DNA of 64,000 bases from contig CAWFRA010000024.1 in assembly GCA_963818095.1 (NCBI GenBank), positions 121,432 through 185,431 of the forward strand. Direction: 5' to 3'. This stretch comes from an uncultured delta proteobacterium. GTDB lineage: Bacteria > Desulfobacterota > Syntrophorhabdia > Syntrophorhabdales > WCHB1-27. The notes beneath the pieces were generated by a model. That model was given only the letters and a program-made list of their open reading frames with translations. It had not been told where the DNA came from and made no database searches. The translations under genes and the position numbers were made by a program. Shown in pieces: positions 46,153 to 55,395 of this stretch (the stretch's first letter is position 1; every line of letters starts with the position of its first letter).

Positions 46153-47568
46153 ACGATACGACGAAAAACGCCTACCCATCGGAGACGATGAGCGTCTGCC
46201 CGGTCTGCCTGAAGAGAATCAAAGCTACGCGGCTCGCCGAAGGCGGCGACGTCTTCCTCGTCAAGGAGTGCGCGGAGCACGGCGCTTATCGGACGGTCAT
46301 ATGGCGGGGGGAGCCGTCGATGGCCGAATGGCGGAGGCCCAAAGAGCCGGTGCACCCGGAGGTCTGCTACGCGGCCGTTGAGAAGGGCTGCCCCTTCGAC
46401 TGCGGCTTATGCGCGGAACACGTGCAGATGCCCTGCTCGGTCCTCATCGAGGTGACCGACCGGTGCGACCTGGCCTGCGCAGTCTGCTTTGCCGATTCGG
46501 GCCGGGGCCGGGAAGGGGACCTGCCCCTTGATAAGATCGAATGGCTTTTCGGGCGCGCCATGGCAGCGGTCGGGCCGTGCAACCTGCAATTGTCCGGAGG
46601 TGAGCCGACCCTGCGCGACGACCTGCCGGAGATCGTAGAGGCAGCGCGAAGGGCGGGCTATTCTTTCATACAGGTCAATACGAACGGCGTGCACCTGGGG
46701 CGCGATATCGAATACTGCAAGCGGCTCGCCGCGGCAGGCCTTTCGTCTGTTTTCCTCCAGTTCGACGGCGTGGACGACGGTGTCTACCGCTGCCATGCGG
46801 GGCAGGCCGCTCCTGGACGAAAAGCTCCGCGCCATCCGCAACTGCGGAGAGGCGGGCCTGGGCGTCATCCTCGTGCCTACCATCATCGCAGGCGTCAATT
46901 CAGGCTCGGTGGGCTCCATAGTCCGCCTTGCCATGCAGCTCGCCCCCATAGTGCGCGGTATCCACTTCCAGCCGGCGAGCTTCTTCGGCCGCTTCCCGAA
47001 GCAGCACGGGGACGAAGGCCGCTTTACGCTCCCGGAGCTGATGAGGGCCCTGGAACAGCAGACTGCGGGACTTATGAAGATGGCCGATTTCTCGCCTCCG
47101 GGCTGCGAGCACGCTTACTGCTCCTTCCATGCCACGTATATGATCCAGGCGGAAGGGGGTTTGAGGGCGCTTGGGGAGTCGAAAGCCGGGACTTGCTGCC
47201 CGGCCGCCGGGGCCGGCGGGGTAGGGAAGACCATCGAGACAGTATCGCGCCGCTGGACGCTGCCGTCTGCGCCGTCTCTGCCCGGCCGCCCGTCGCCTGC
47301 TTCAAAGATTCCCTGCTGTGGCACGGCAGGGGCTGACGCGGTGCGGGTCGAGGGCGCGATCGACCTCGACGACTTCCTGCGAAACATCGCGGAGCGGAGC
47401 TTCACCATATCGGCGATGGCCTTCCAGGACGCGCATAGCCTCGATCTCGAGCGCCTGCGCGGCTGCTGCATATCGGTCATCAGCCCCGACGGCAGGCTCA
47501 TCCCGTTCTGCGCTTACAACTGCACGGCCACGGACGGAAGAGGGCTCTACCGCCGGCAGGAAGCATGA
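46149..47568 (+). CDS. Radical SAM enzyme, COG1964-type (N-terminal Zn-ribbon; apparent frameshift near 46790)
   Basis: ATG 46149 overlaps the methyltransferase stop. Motifs: CPVC...C..H, CDLACAVC (CX3CX2C), GGEPTLR. After ...FDGVDDGVYR the sequence continues in ORF 46780..47568 (MRGRPLLDEKLRAIRNCGEAGLGVILVPTI...CCISVISPDGRLIPFCAYN). Confidence 0.85.
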
Positions 47569-48897
47569 TACCCGTCACACCCCTGGAAAAATGGATCGCA
47601 GAAAAGGCAGGCATCGGCCAGGCGACGACGGGCAGGGCGTTTGCCGATGCCCTGGAGGATTACCAGCTCCGAAAGGTAAACGAGACAATCGATTACGCCC
47701 GCCGCAGCGCACCTTTCTATCGCCGCAGCCTTGCCGGGCTTCCCGACGCGCCCCTTGACACTCTCCCGGTGATCGGCCGGGTGCCGTTTACTACGCCCTC
47801 GGATATCGCAGCCTCCCCGTTTTCTTTCCTAGCCGTACCGCAGGACGACATAGCCCGCATCGTCACCCTGCGCACATCGGGCAGCACGGGGGAGGCCAAG
47901 CGCATATTCTTCACGGAGGAAGACCTGGAGCTTACCGTGGACTTCTTCCATAACGGCATGGGCACGATGGTGCGGCCTGGGCAAAAGGTCGCAATCCTCC
48001 TGCCGGGCGAGAAGCCCGACAGCGTGGGCGACCTTCTCGCGCGGGGTTTGCGGAGAATGGACGCGGACGTCCTTATATACGGACCTGTGTCGGACCCGCC
48101 CGGCGCTGCGCGCGAAATAGCCTCATTCGGGGCCCGTTGCCTCGTCGGCATCCCTACGCAGGTGCTGGCCGTCGCGCTTTCGGAGCCAGGGTCGGCAATC
48201 GGCAAGGGGGCCATAGAGAGCGTGCTTCTGAGCACGGATTACGTGCCCCGTGCGATAGCCGGGACGCTGGAGAACGTCTGGGGCTGCCGGGTGTTCGGCC
48301 ACTACGGCACGACGGAGACGGGCCTCGGCGGCGGCGTCGAGTGTGCAGCGCTTGAGGGCTACCACATGAGGGAAGCCGACCTCTATTTCGAGATCGTGGA
48401 CCACGAGACGGGCCATGCGTGCCCCGACGGCGTAACGGGCGAAGTCGTTTTCACGACGCTTACGCGCAAAGGCATGCCGCTAATTCGTTACAGGACGGGA
48501 GACATGGCCCGGATGATCTCTGAGCCATGCCCTTGCGGGTGCGCCCTGCGGCGCATGGATCGCGTGAAAGGCAGGTGGGAGGGGAGGACCAGCCTGGGGC
48601 CGCAGGCCATGCTTGCGCTGCCCGACATGGACGAGGCGCTCTTCGGCCTGCCCGGCCTCCTCGATTACCGGGCCTCCGTATCGAAAGGCGACGACGCCAT
48701 TTTCCGCCTGCACCTGGACGTTTACGGTTCGGAAGGGGCGCACCTTTACGGAAGCCAGCGTGATCCGGGCGATAGGTGAGCTGGACGCCGTGCGCACGGC
48801 CGTGGCAGGCGCGTCTCTTGCGGCCCCGACCGTCCGCTTCTCAAAGGAAGGCGCGTGGGTGACCACGGGAGTAGCCAAGCGCAAAATCGTCACGTAG
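47565..48897 (+). CDS. PaaK/F390-synthetase-like adenylate-forming ligase (apparent frameshift near 48740)
   Basis: ATG 47565 overlaps the radical SAM stop. Motifs: TSGSTGEAKR, GHYGTTE, YRTGD. The tail continues in ORF 48613..48897 (…FTEASVIRAIGELDAVRTAVAGASLAAPTVRFSKEGAWVTTGVAKRKIVT*). Confidence 0.8.
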
Positions 48898-49192
48898 GTT
48901 GTGCCGCAACTTCGGGGTTATTCTTCCCCCCACTCAAATCTTCTTGACTAGAAAACCGGGCGTGTGATAGGGTAGCTCTACACTCGCTATTCAGCACAAT
49001 TGTTTATCTAACATTTTAGCCATTTGAGGAGCAGACATGAAAGGACGGATGCACATCAGCACGGCGATCGCGTTGATTGCACCATTCGCATCGCCCTTTC
49101 AAGACATGCGTTCTCGAGGCGCCATGAAGCGTAATTCGGGAGGAGTCACGGTTTTTGACGTTGTTAAATTCTGAGGAAAGGGGTGTAACGAA

Positions 49193-51273
49193 ATGAAACG
49201 AAAGGTATGGTTATTGGTTTTAGTGGTTCCGCTCTGCGTCATGATTTCCGGCCTTTGCCTGGCAGAACAGCCAAAACACCAGGGCGGGCAGCCCCAACCG
49301 GCAAAACCGGCCCCTCAATCTCATCAGGCCCAACAACCAAAACCGGCCCCTCAATCTCATCAGGCCCAACCGGCAAAACCAGCCCCTCAACCTCAGGTGA
49401 AACAGCAGCCCAAACAGACAAAACCGGCTACACCTGTCCCCCGGCCGCAGCAAAAACAGGCTGCACAACCGGCGAAGACGCCAACACCCAGCCAGCCGGC
49501 CACGCCTGTGAAGACCGCAACACCGGTTCCGACACCACCAAGGGCCGGCGGCGAAATAGCGGCCACCTCCGCCCAGACCAAGACCATCCAGAATGTAGAC
49601 GGCAAGACGGTCATACCTTACCAGGAGCCAACGAAGCCGTGGCCTAACCCTCCCACCACTACTGCTCAGCCTACTCCTGTAAAGCCGACGACGACTGTGA
49701 CACCGCCGAAGACGACGACTACAACGCAGCCTCCGATGGTCACGCCGCCGCCGAAGACAACAACGACGACTACTACAATGCCGCCTAAGACAACGACCAC
49801 GACGACTGTGACACCTCCGAAGACCACCGTTACAACTCAGCCTACGACGGTTACTCCTCCGAAGACGACTGTTACAACGCAGCCTACGACGGTTACTCCT
49901 CCGAAGACGACTGTTACAACGCAGCCTACGACGGTTACTCCTCCGAAGACGACTGTTACAACGCCGAGACGACGACTACAACGCAGCCTACAACGGTCAC
50001 GCCGCCGAAGACTACGACAACCACTGAGCCTACTACCGTCACGCCTCCAAAGACGACGACTGTGAGTACGCCTACGACGGTTACTCCTCCGAAGACGACT
50101 GTTACAACGCAGCCTACAACGGTCACGCCGCCAAAGACCACGACTGTGAGTACTCCTCCGAAGACGACGACAACCACTCAACCTACGACGGTTACTCCTC
50201 CGAAGACGACTGTTACAACGCCGCCTACGACTGTGACACCGCCGAAGACGACGACTACAACTCAGCCTCCGATGGTCACGCCGCCGCCGAAGACAACAAC
50301 GACGACTACTACAATGCCGCCTAAGACAACGACCACGACGACTGTGACACCTCCGAAGACGACGACTACAACGCAGCCTACAACGGTCACGCCGCCGAAG
50401 ACTACGACAACCACTCAGCCTACTACCGTCACGCCTCCAAAGACGACGACTGTGAGTACGCCGCCTACGACGGTTACTCCTCCGAAGACTACGACTGCTA
50501 CAACGCCTCCGAAGACGACGACAACCACTCAACCTACGACAGTCACACCTACTAAGACTACGACTGCAACGACACCTACTAAGACTACGACTGCAACGAC
50601 ACCTACTAAGACTACGACTGCAACGACACCTACTAAGACCACGACTACTTTACCCCCGAAGGACACAAAAATATCTGTCGCCAAACCTCCGAGGGACAGG
50701 GTCATAGGGAACACTCATCCGGTAGACAGAGGGGACTTGCAGCGGAGCCTGCACGCCCCTGTGCGGAAGGAAGATGCAAGAGCGGCAGCCGATCGGTACC
50801 ATCATGAAGAGAGGGTACGTTTTACGAGGCACGTTGAGCCTGTCAGATTCGGGCCGGAGCACAGGGAGATACTGCACAGCGTGCGAATTGTACCGGCGAC
50901 TTACCATTATCGGCGCACCGTCTTCTATGAAACTTATGCCTGGGCTCCGCCGAGATATGTCTACACCATGTACCCGCGCTACGGACTATACGACGCGACG
51001 TTCCTGGCTTTTATGGTAGACCACGCCGCCGAGCGGCAATATGCACTTATGTACTATAACCACAGGAATGATGAGGCATTCGTGCAGTGGCGGCAGCAAA
51101 TGGACAGCATGGCAGCGGATAACGCCGAGCTGAAAGCAAGACTGGCCACGATGGACCAGGAAGTTGTCAAGCTGCAAGGGACGCCCCCAAACCCCAACTA
51201 TGTGCCGCAGGACGTCCAGGATGTTGCGCTGGCGCCGGACGTGGTAGAAAAGATGGCGCAGCCGCAGCAATAG
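49193..51273 (+). CDS. Secreted Thr/Pro-rich tandem-repeat protein with unique C-terminal domain (frame break at about 49966)
   Basis: Signal peptide MKRKVWLLVLVVPLCVMISGLCLA, Q/P/K-rich repeats, then roughly 330 aa of (TTVTPPKTT[VT]TTQP)n. The C-terminus is a roughly 200-aa aromatic-rich non-repeat domain. It is split into ORFs 49193..50065 and 50062..51273. Confidence 0.75.
49650..50650 (+). repeat. Coding tandem-repeat array (42-bp units, a 134-bp higher-order duplication and 27-bp units)
   Basis: The 42-bp unit ACGGTTACTCCTCCGAAGACGACTGTTACAACGCAGCCTACG is iterated. 49691..49824 equals 50227..50360 with 1 mismatch (offset 536 bp). A 27-bp unit, ACACCTACTAAGACTACGACTGCAACG, occurs three times at about 50546..50640. 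Confidence 0.9.
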
Positions 51274-51291
51274 AGCTTCAGCGCACTTTAT

Positions 51292-51328
51292 CGCACATCC
51301 CAGGGGTCGAAAACCCCTGGGATGTGCG
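51292..51328 (+). terminator. Strong hairpin after the repeat-protein gene
   Basis: 15-bp perfect stem CGCACATCCCAGGGG / CCCCTGGGATGTGCG with loop TCGAAAA, 19 nt after the stop. No clear U-tract follows. Confidence 0.5.
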
Positions 51329-51393
51329 AAACGAAGACATCGTAAGGAAAAGAAAGCCTGTAATACGCTTCTTAGGGCTTGTGAGAGTTACGT

Positions 51394-51437
51394 TTATTGC
51401 GGTTTAGCGATGAACGTGGTCGGCACGACCGACCGGC
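51394..51437. repeat. Direct repeat A: displaced copy of the gspI 3' end
   Basis: 40/44 identical to 52756..52799. On the minus strand one frame reads ...RSVVPTTFIAKPQ*, compared with the GspI C-terminus ...RRSVVLTTFIAKQQ*. Confidence 0.6.
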
Positions 51438-51901
51438 CCACCGTCACCCACCGTACTGGACTCATCGTAATCACCCATCGTGTAACGCCCTTCCGTCACG
51501 GTGCTGAAATGAAAGATGGGCCGATCGACGCGCCTGACGACGAGCGGACAGTGCTTCATGCCGCCGGGCACGAATATCATGCTGCTCCTTGTAAGTATGT
51601 GCTGTTCGTCCTCCAGCCAGAATTCCACCTCTCCGCCGAGATCGTACGGGTCTTGCGGATTGCTCCCGAAAAAACCGATGATCTCATCGGTGCTGTGCGT
51701 GTGAGGGTGGTTCATGGGCATGTCCTCTGTCGGCGGCCGCAAGTACCATGCGCAGTTCATCTGGAAGGCGCCCGGCGCCACCTCGTCATCCATCCACAAT
51801 ATCCTGGTGGCCCATTTTGCGTACTTCGCGTTATACTCCGGCGAGAACCTGGCAGTTTTCAGCTCGCTAACGATGTACTTCCCATATTTTGTTTCTGCCA
51901 T
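51404..51901 (-). CDS. Hypothetical protein, possibly cupin-fold
   Basis: 165-aa ORF preceded by AAAGGAGGTAGGTCGCT. The HPHTHSTDE...G...H pattern suggests a cupin metal site. Its last roughly 11 codons run into direct repeat A. Confidence 0.55.
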   Translation of the reverse strand: MAETKYGKYIVSELKTARFSPEYNAKYAKWATRILWMDDEVAPGAFQMNCAWYLRPPTEDMPMNHPHTHSTDEIIGFFGSNPQDPYDLGGEVEFWLEDEQHILTRSSMIFVPGGMKHCPLVVRRVDRPIFHFSTVTEGRYTMGDYDESSTVGDGGPVGRADHVHR

Positions 51902-52154
51902 AGCGACCTACCTCCTTTTGTAGTTAATGTAGTCAATCAAACTTTATCCGTTATGTAAAGACCTTGGGTAGGGAGAAGGCGGACTCGTCAGCACGAAGCA
52001 GGGGGGCGTGTAATTCGTCCGGCCGCGCCTCCGATGGCGGGCGCTTGTACCCGAATCGAATCCTACGTGCCATAATCTTCCTGAACTCGCTTGACTCCTT
52101 TCGATATGTACACTATAATGTACCTCTAGCAGTACGTTACAAATGAGGTGAGAC

Positions 52155-52427
52155 ATGCAGACGATACCCATGATAGAGGCGAGAAAAAAGCTGACATCGC
52201 TGCCCGAAGACCTGGAGGCCGGGGGTAGAGACCGGACGGTGGCCGTCACCCGGAGGGGAAAACCCGTGCTGGCAATAATGTCGTGGGAGTTTTTCGAGGC
52301 CCTGTACGAGACAATAGAGATCATGGGCGATGAAAAACTGATGAAATCCTTTCGGCGAGGCGTGAGGGAAGCGCAGGAGGGCAAAACGATCCCGTGGGAA
52401 AGCGCGAAAAAAGAGCTGAAGGACTGA
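52155..52427 (+). CDS. Phd/YefM-family antitoxin
   Basis: 90 aa: MQTIPMIEARKKLTSLPEDL...VAVTRRGKPVLAIMSWEFFEALYETIEIMGD is the typical Phd/YefM N-terminal fold. Confidence 0.75.
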   Translation: MQTIPMIEARKKLTSLPEDLEAGGRDRTVAVTRRGKPVLAIMSWEFFEALYETIEIMGDEKLMKSFRRGVREAQEGKTIPWESAKKELKD

Positions 52428-52753
52428 CCTGGGCCATACGCATCACGCCCACGGCCCTCGAAATGGTCAGAGGCGTAACGGACAGGCGGGTCAGGGAGCT
52501 GATTGCAAAGAAGATCGACCAGCTCGGTCGCGACCCTGACAAACAGGGCAAGGAGCTGCACGGTGAATTGCGGGGATATCGCTGCGTGCGTGCCGCCGGG
52601 CAGCGGTACAGGATAATCTACCGCGTGGAAGCGGCAGCCGTGATCGTCCTTGTCGTCGCAGTAGGGCTCCGCAAAGAAAGCGACAAGAAAGATATATATT
52701 CCCTGGCACAAAAGTTAATACGCCTGGGACTAATAGAGCCGGGGTCGCGTTAA
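52394..52753 (+). CDS. RelE/ParE-family toxin
   Basis: ...WAIRITPTALEMVRGVTDRRVRELIAKKIDQLGRDPDKQGKELHGELRGYRCVRAAGQRYRIIYRVEAAAVIVLVVAVGLRKE. It overlaps the antitoxin 3' end. The exact start is uncertain. Confidence 0.75.
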   Translation: MGKREKRAEGLTWAIRITPTALEMVRGVTDRRVRELIAKKIDQLGRDPDKQGKELHGELRGYRCVRAAGQRYRIIYRVEAAAVIVLVVAVGLRKESDKKDIYSLAQKLIRLGLIEPGSR

Positions 52754-52755
52754 CG

Positions 52756-52799
52756 CAGGTTTCTGTTATTGCTGTTTGGCGATGAACGTGGTCAGAACG
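52756..52799. repeat. Direct repeat B: the functional 3' end of gspI
   Basis: Partner of 51394..51437 (4 mismatches in 44 nt). Confidence 0.6.
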
Positions 52800-53197
52800 A
52801 CCGACCGGCGTTTCTTGTCCCAGAATATCTCCACGTCTATCTGGCGCACGTTCTGGATCGGCGTCTCGGTCACCGTCGCCTTATACGTAAAGTCCGTCGG
52901 CCCCAGCGTGGCGGCCGAGCCTACGGAGAGCACGCTGCCGGGCGCAGGCGCCTGCTGGGCATAGATCGGCCCTTCGGTCTGCCCCGGCTCCGGGTAGCCG
53001 AGCCTCTCTATCTCTTTCATCTTGTCGTCCGCGGCAAACGTCGCGTCCGTTATCTTCCTCGCGTGGTATTCCATGTCTACCGACGTTAGTACGAGACTGA
53101 TAAAGGAGACGAGTGCGAGGGAGGCGATCGCGATCGCGATCATTACCTCAAGTAAAGTTGTCCCTGCCCTTGATGGTGATTTCCTGGATATAGCCAT
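52766..53197 (-). CDS. gspI: Type II secretion minor pseudopilin GspI
   Basis: 143 aa with a prepilin leader and methylation motif (...[16 protein letters not shown]). Confidence 0.75.
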   Translation of the reverse strand: MAISRKSPSRAGTTLLEVMIAIAIASLALVSFISLVLTSVDMEYHARKITDATFAADDKMKEIERLGYPEPGQTEGPIYAQQAPAPGSVLSVGSAATLGPTDFTYKATVTETPIQNVRQIDVEIFWDKKRRSVVLTTFIAKQQ

Positions 53198-53681
53198 TAT
53201 CCCCTGTGACCTTTGCCGTCAAAGGATTTACGATTAATGAATAGGGTCCCGGGTCTCCCTCCACGTGGATGACGGCCCTGTCTACCATGCCGCTGGTATA
53301 GAAGGTCATGTAGCACTTGCCCTGCGAATACGGCTGCCCGTTGATCAGTATCGTCCTTGATCCGGTAGTCCTTCGGCAAGATCGAGGCGGCCCGTCTCCA
53401 CAAAACCCGTTCTTCAGGTCGATCCTCCCGATGCGCGCCGTGTTGTTCGTCACGTCGAACTCGATGACCCTGTCCTCGTACTTCGAGATCGCCTCTTCCC
53501 TGATGATGGCGACGTCGATCGAGAACTTCTCCAGCAGCGCCTCCTTCCCTTTTTTCGTCCCCACGTTCCAGTTGACGGAAGCGAAGGTGAGGAAGATAGA
53601 GAGCAGGAGGATGACAACGAGCAGCTCGACTAAGGTGAAACCCTTAGTCCTTCGAGAGGTCAAGGCTCGTAATGTCCGCAT
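53148..53681 (-). CDS. gspH: Type II secretion minor pseudopilin GspH
   Basis: 177 aa with a prepilin motif (...[16 protein letters not shown]). The start is uncertain (ATG 53681 or the downstream TTG). Confidence 0.7.
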   Translation of the reverse strand: MRTLRALTSRRTKGFTLVELLVVILLLSIFLTFASVNWNVGTKKGKEALLEKFSIDVAIIREEAISKYEDRVIEFDVTNNTARIGRIDLKNGFCGDGPPRSCRRTTGSRTILINGQPYSQGKCYMTFYTSGMVDRAVIHVEGDPGPYSLIVNPLTAKVTGDNGYIQEITIKGRDNFT

Positions 53682-54103
53682 CCTTGCCTGTTCCGCCCGG
53701 CTCGCCGTCGTGGCCGTAGCTCACGATCTCGTAGTCCTTCCCGTCCGTCGTGGGGGAGGTGTAGTAGTAAGGCTTGCCCCAGGGGTCCTTGGGGACGTCC
53801 GTGCCGTCGAGGTAGCCCCCCTCCCTCCATTTTATCGGGACGGGCGCGCGTCTCAGGCTTCTTGATGAGCGCCATGAGGCCCTGCTCCGTGGTCGGATAC
53901 GAGCCGCAGTCTATCTTGTAGAGCTTCAGGGCGCTCTCGATGGCCTTGATGTCCATCTTGGCCTTTACCCTGCGGGCCTCCTCCGGCCTTTCCATGATCC
54001 TCGGTATGAGCAGCGTTGCGAGGATGCCTATGATGACGATGACGATCATCAACTCGATGAGGGTAAAGCCTCCCCGGTTTTTCTCTATTCTTGCGCGTAA
54101 CAT
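53644..54103 (-). CDS. gspG: Type II secretion major pseudopilin GspG (apparent frameshift near 53850)
   Basis: ATG 54103 preceded by AGGAGGAACC. The N-terminus is ...[21 protein letters not shown]. After ...KKPETRA the conserved tail ([66 protein letters not shown]) is in another frame. Confidence 0.85.
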
Positions 54104-54120
54104 GGTTCCTCCTTGAAACT

Positions 54121-55338
54121 TCATTTGATCAGCACCTTGTTCATCTCGAACAGGGGCAACAGTATCGAGACGAGAATAAACGCTATAACCGCCCCCAGTA
54201 TGACTATGATGAGCGGCTCCACCATCGACGTGAAGGCGGCTATCTTCTGGTTCGCGTTGTTTTCGTAATACTCGGAGACGCTCGACAGCATCTCCTCCAG
54301 GTTGCCGCTCGACTCGCCCACCGAGACCATGTCGGCTATATACGGCGGGAAAATGGACGTCTCCCGAAGCGCAATCGAGAGGTCGGCCCCGCGCTCGACC
54401 ATCCTGGACATGTTCAATACCGCTTCCGCCACGATGGTGTTCTTCATCGTCGAGCTGACGACGACGAGCGACTGGAGCATATGGACGCCGCTCCGCAGCA
54501 GCGTGCCGAGGATCTTGGCGAACCGTGCCCACCAGGACCATCTGGTAAAGGGCGCCGAACATGGGGAACCCCAGGACAAAGTTGTCCCAGAACTGCCTGC
54601 CTTTCGGGTTCTTCTTGACCCACCGCATGACGGCGAAAAAGGCGATGGCGTGCGAGAGATTACGAAGAAAATGAGGTAGCTGTTGACGAAATCGGTTATG
54701 GCCATCAACAACTGCGTGGGCAGGGGCAACTGCTGGTTCATGCGGTCGAATATCTTCGTGACCATCGGCACCACGTAGCCGACCAGAAAGAGGAGGACGC
54801 CGGCGCCGACGACAGCACATAATGGCCGGGTAGACGAGGGCGGCCTTGATCTTCGACCTTACCATCGCCCGGCTTTCCAGCAGGTCCGCCTGGTACCTGA
54901 GGATCGAGTCCAGGGCGCCTGTCTTCTCGCCGGCAGCCACGGAGTAAATGAACAGGGTATCGAAGATCTCCGGGTAGGTCTTGAGGGCTTCCGAAAGCGA
55001 GGCGCCGCCTTTCACTTCGTCGCGCAGGTAGCCGACTATCTCTTTTTCCCTGTCGCCTTCGAGCTGGTTGGTCATGATGCTGAGCGCCTGGAAGAGGGGC
55101 ACGCCGCCCTTAAGAGGGAGGCAAGCTGGCGCGCGAGCTGCACGGGCAGCCTCTGCTTGATGCCGAAGGAAAAGAGGAAACGTTTCTTCTTCCCCTGGGC
55201 CGTAGATTCTTCTTTGAGCGAGACGAGATAGAGGCCCCTGCTCTTTATCTCGTTCTTCGCGGTAGACTCGACGTCGGCCTCCAAGCGGCCGTGCTCGAGC
55301 TTCCCGTTCTTATCGACTGCATAATACTTGTAATTCAT
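54121..55338 (-). CDS. gspF: Type II secretion inner-membrane platform protein GspF (two apparent frameshifts, near 55090 and 54812)
   Basis: Three collinear pieces: 55072..55338 ([13 protein letters not shown]...), the start of ORF 53660..55102 (PLFQALSIM...ALVYPAIM), and 54121..54774 (...[20 protein letters not shown]...FEMNKVLIK). Confidence 0.85.
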
Positions 55339-55395
55339 GCTGTACCTTATATAAGCGCCGGCTTGAACGTTTTCCGCCGCTCCTGTTTACTTCCT

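Noticed and set aside
49650-50650. Regular short repeats here, and at 34827..34992, considered as a CRISPR array.
   Set aside because: The units are contiguous with no unique spacers. Those at 49.6-50.6 kb are in-frame coding repeats, the other locus has only two copies, and no cas genes are present.
53340-53400. Possible pair of compensating frameshifts inside gspH (the alternative frame reads ...[10 protein letters not shown]...).
   Set aside because: Both readings are plausible for a poorly conserved minor pseudopilin. Without an alignment I cannot show that the annotated frame is wrong.
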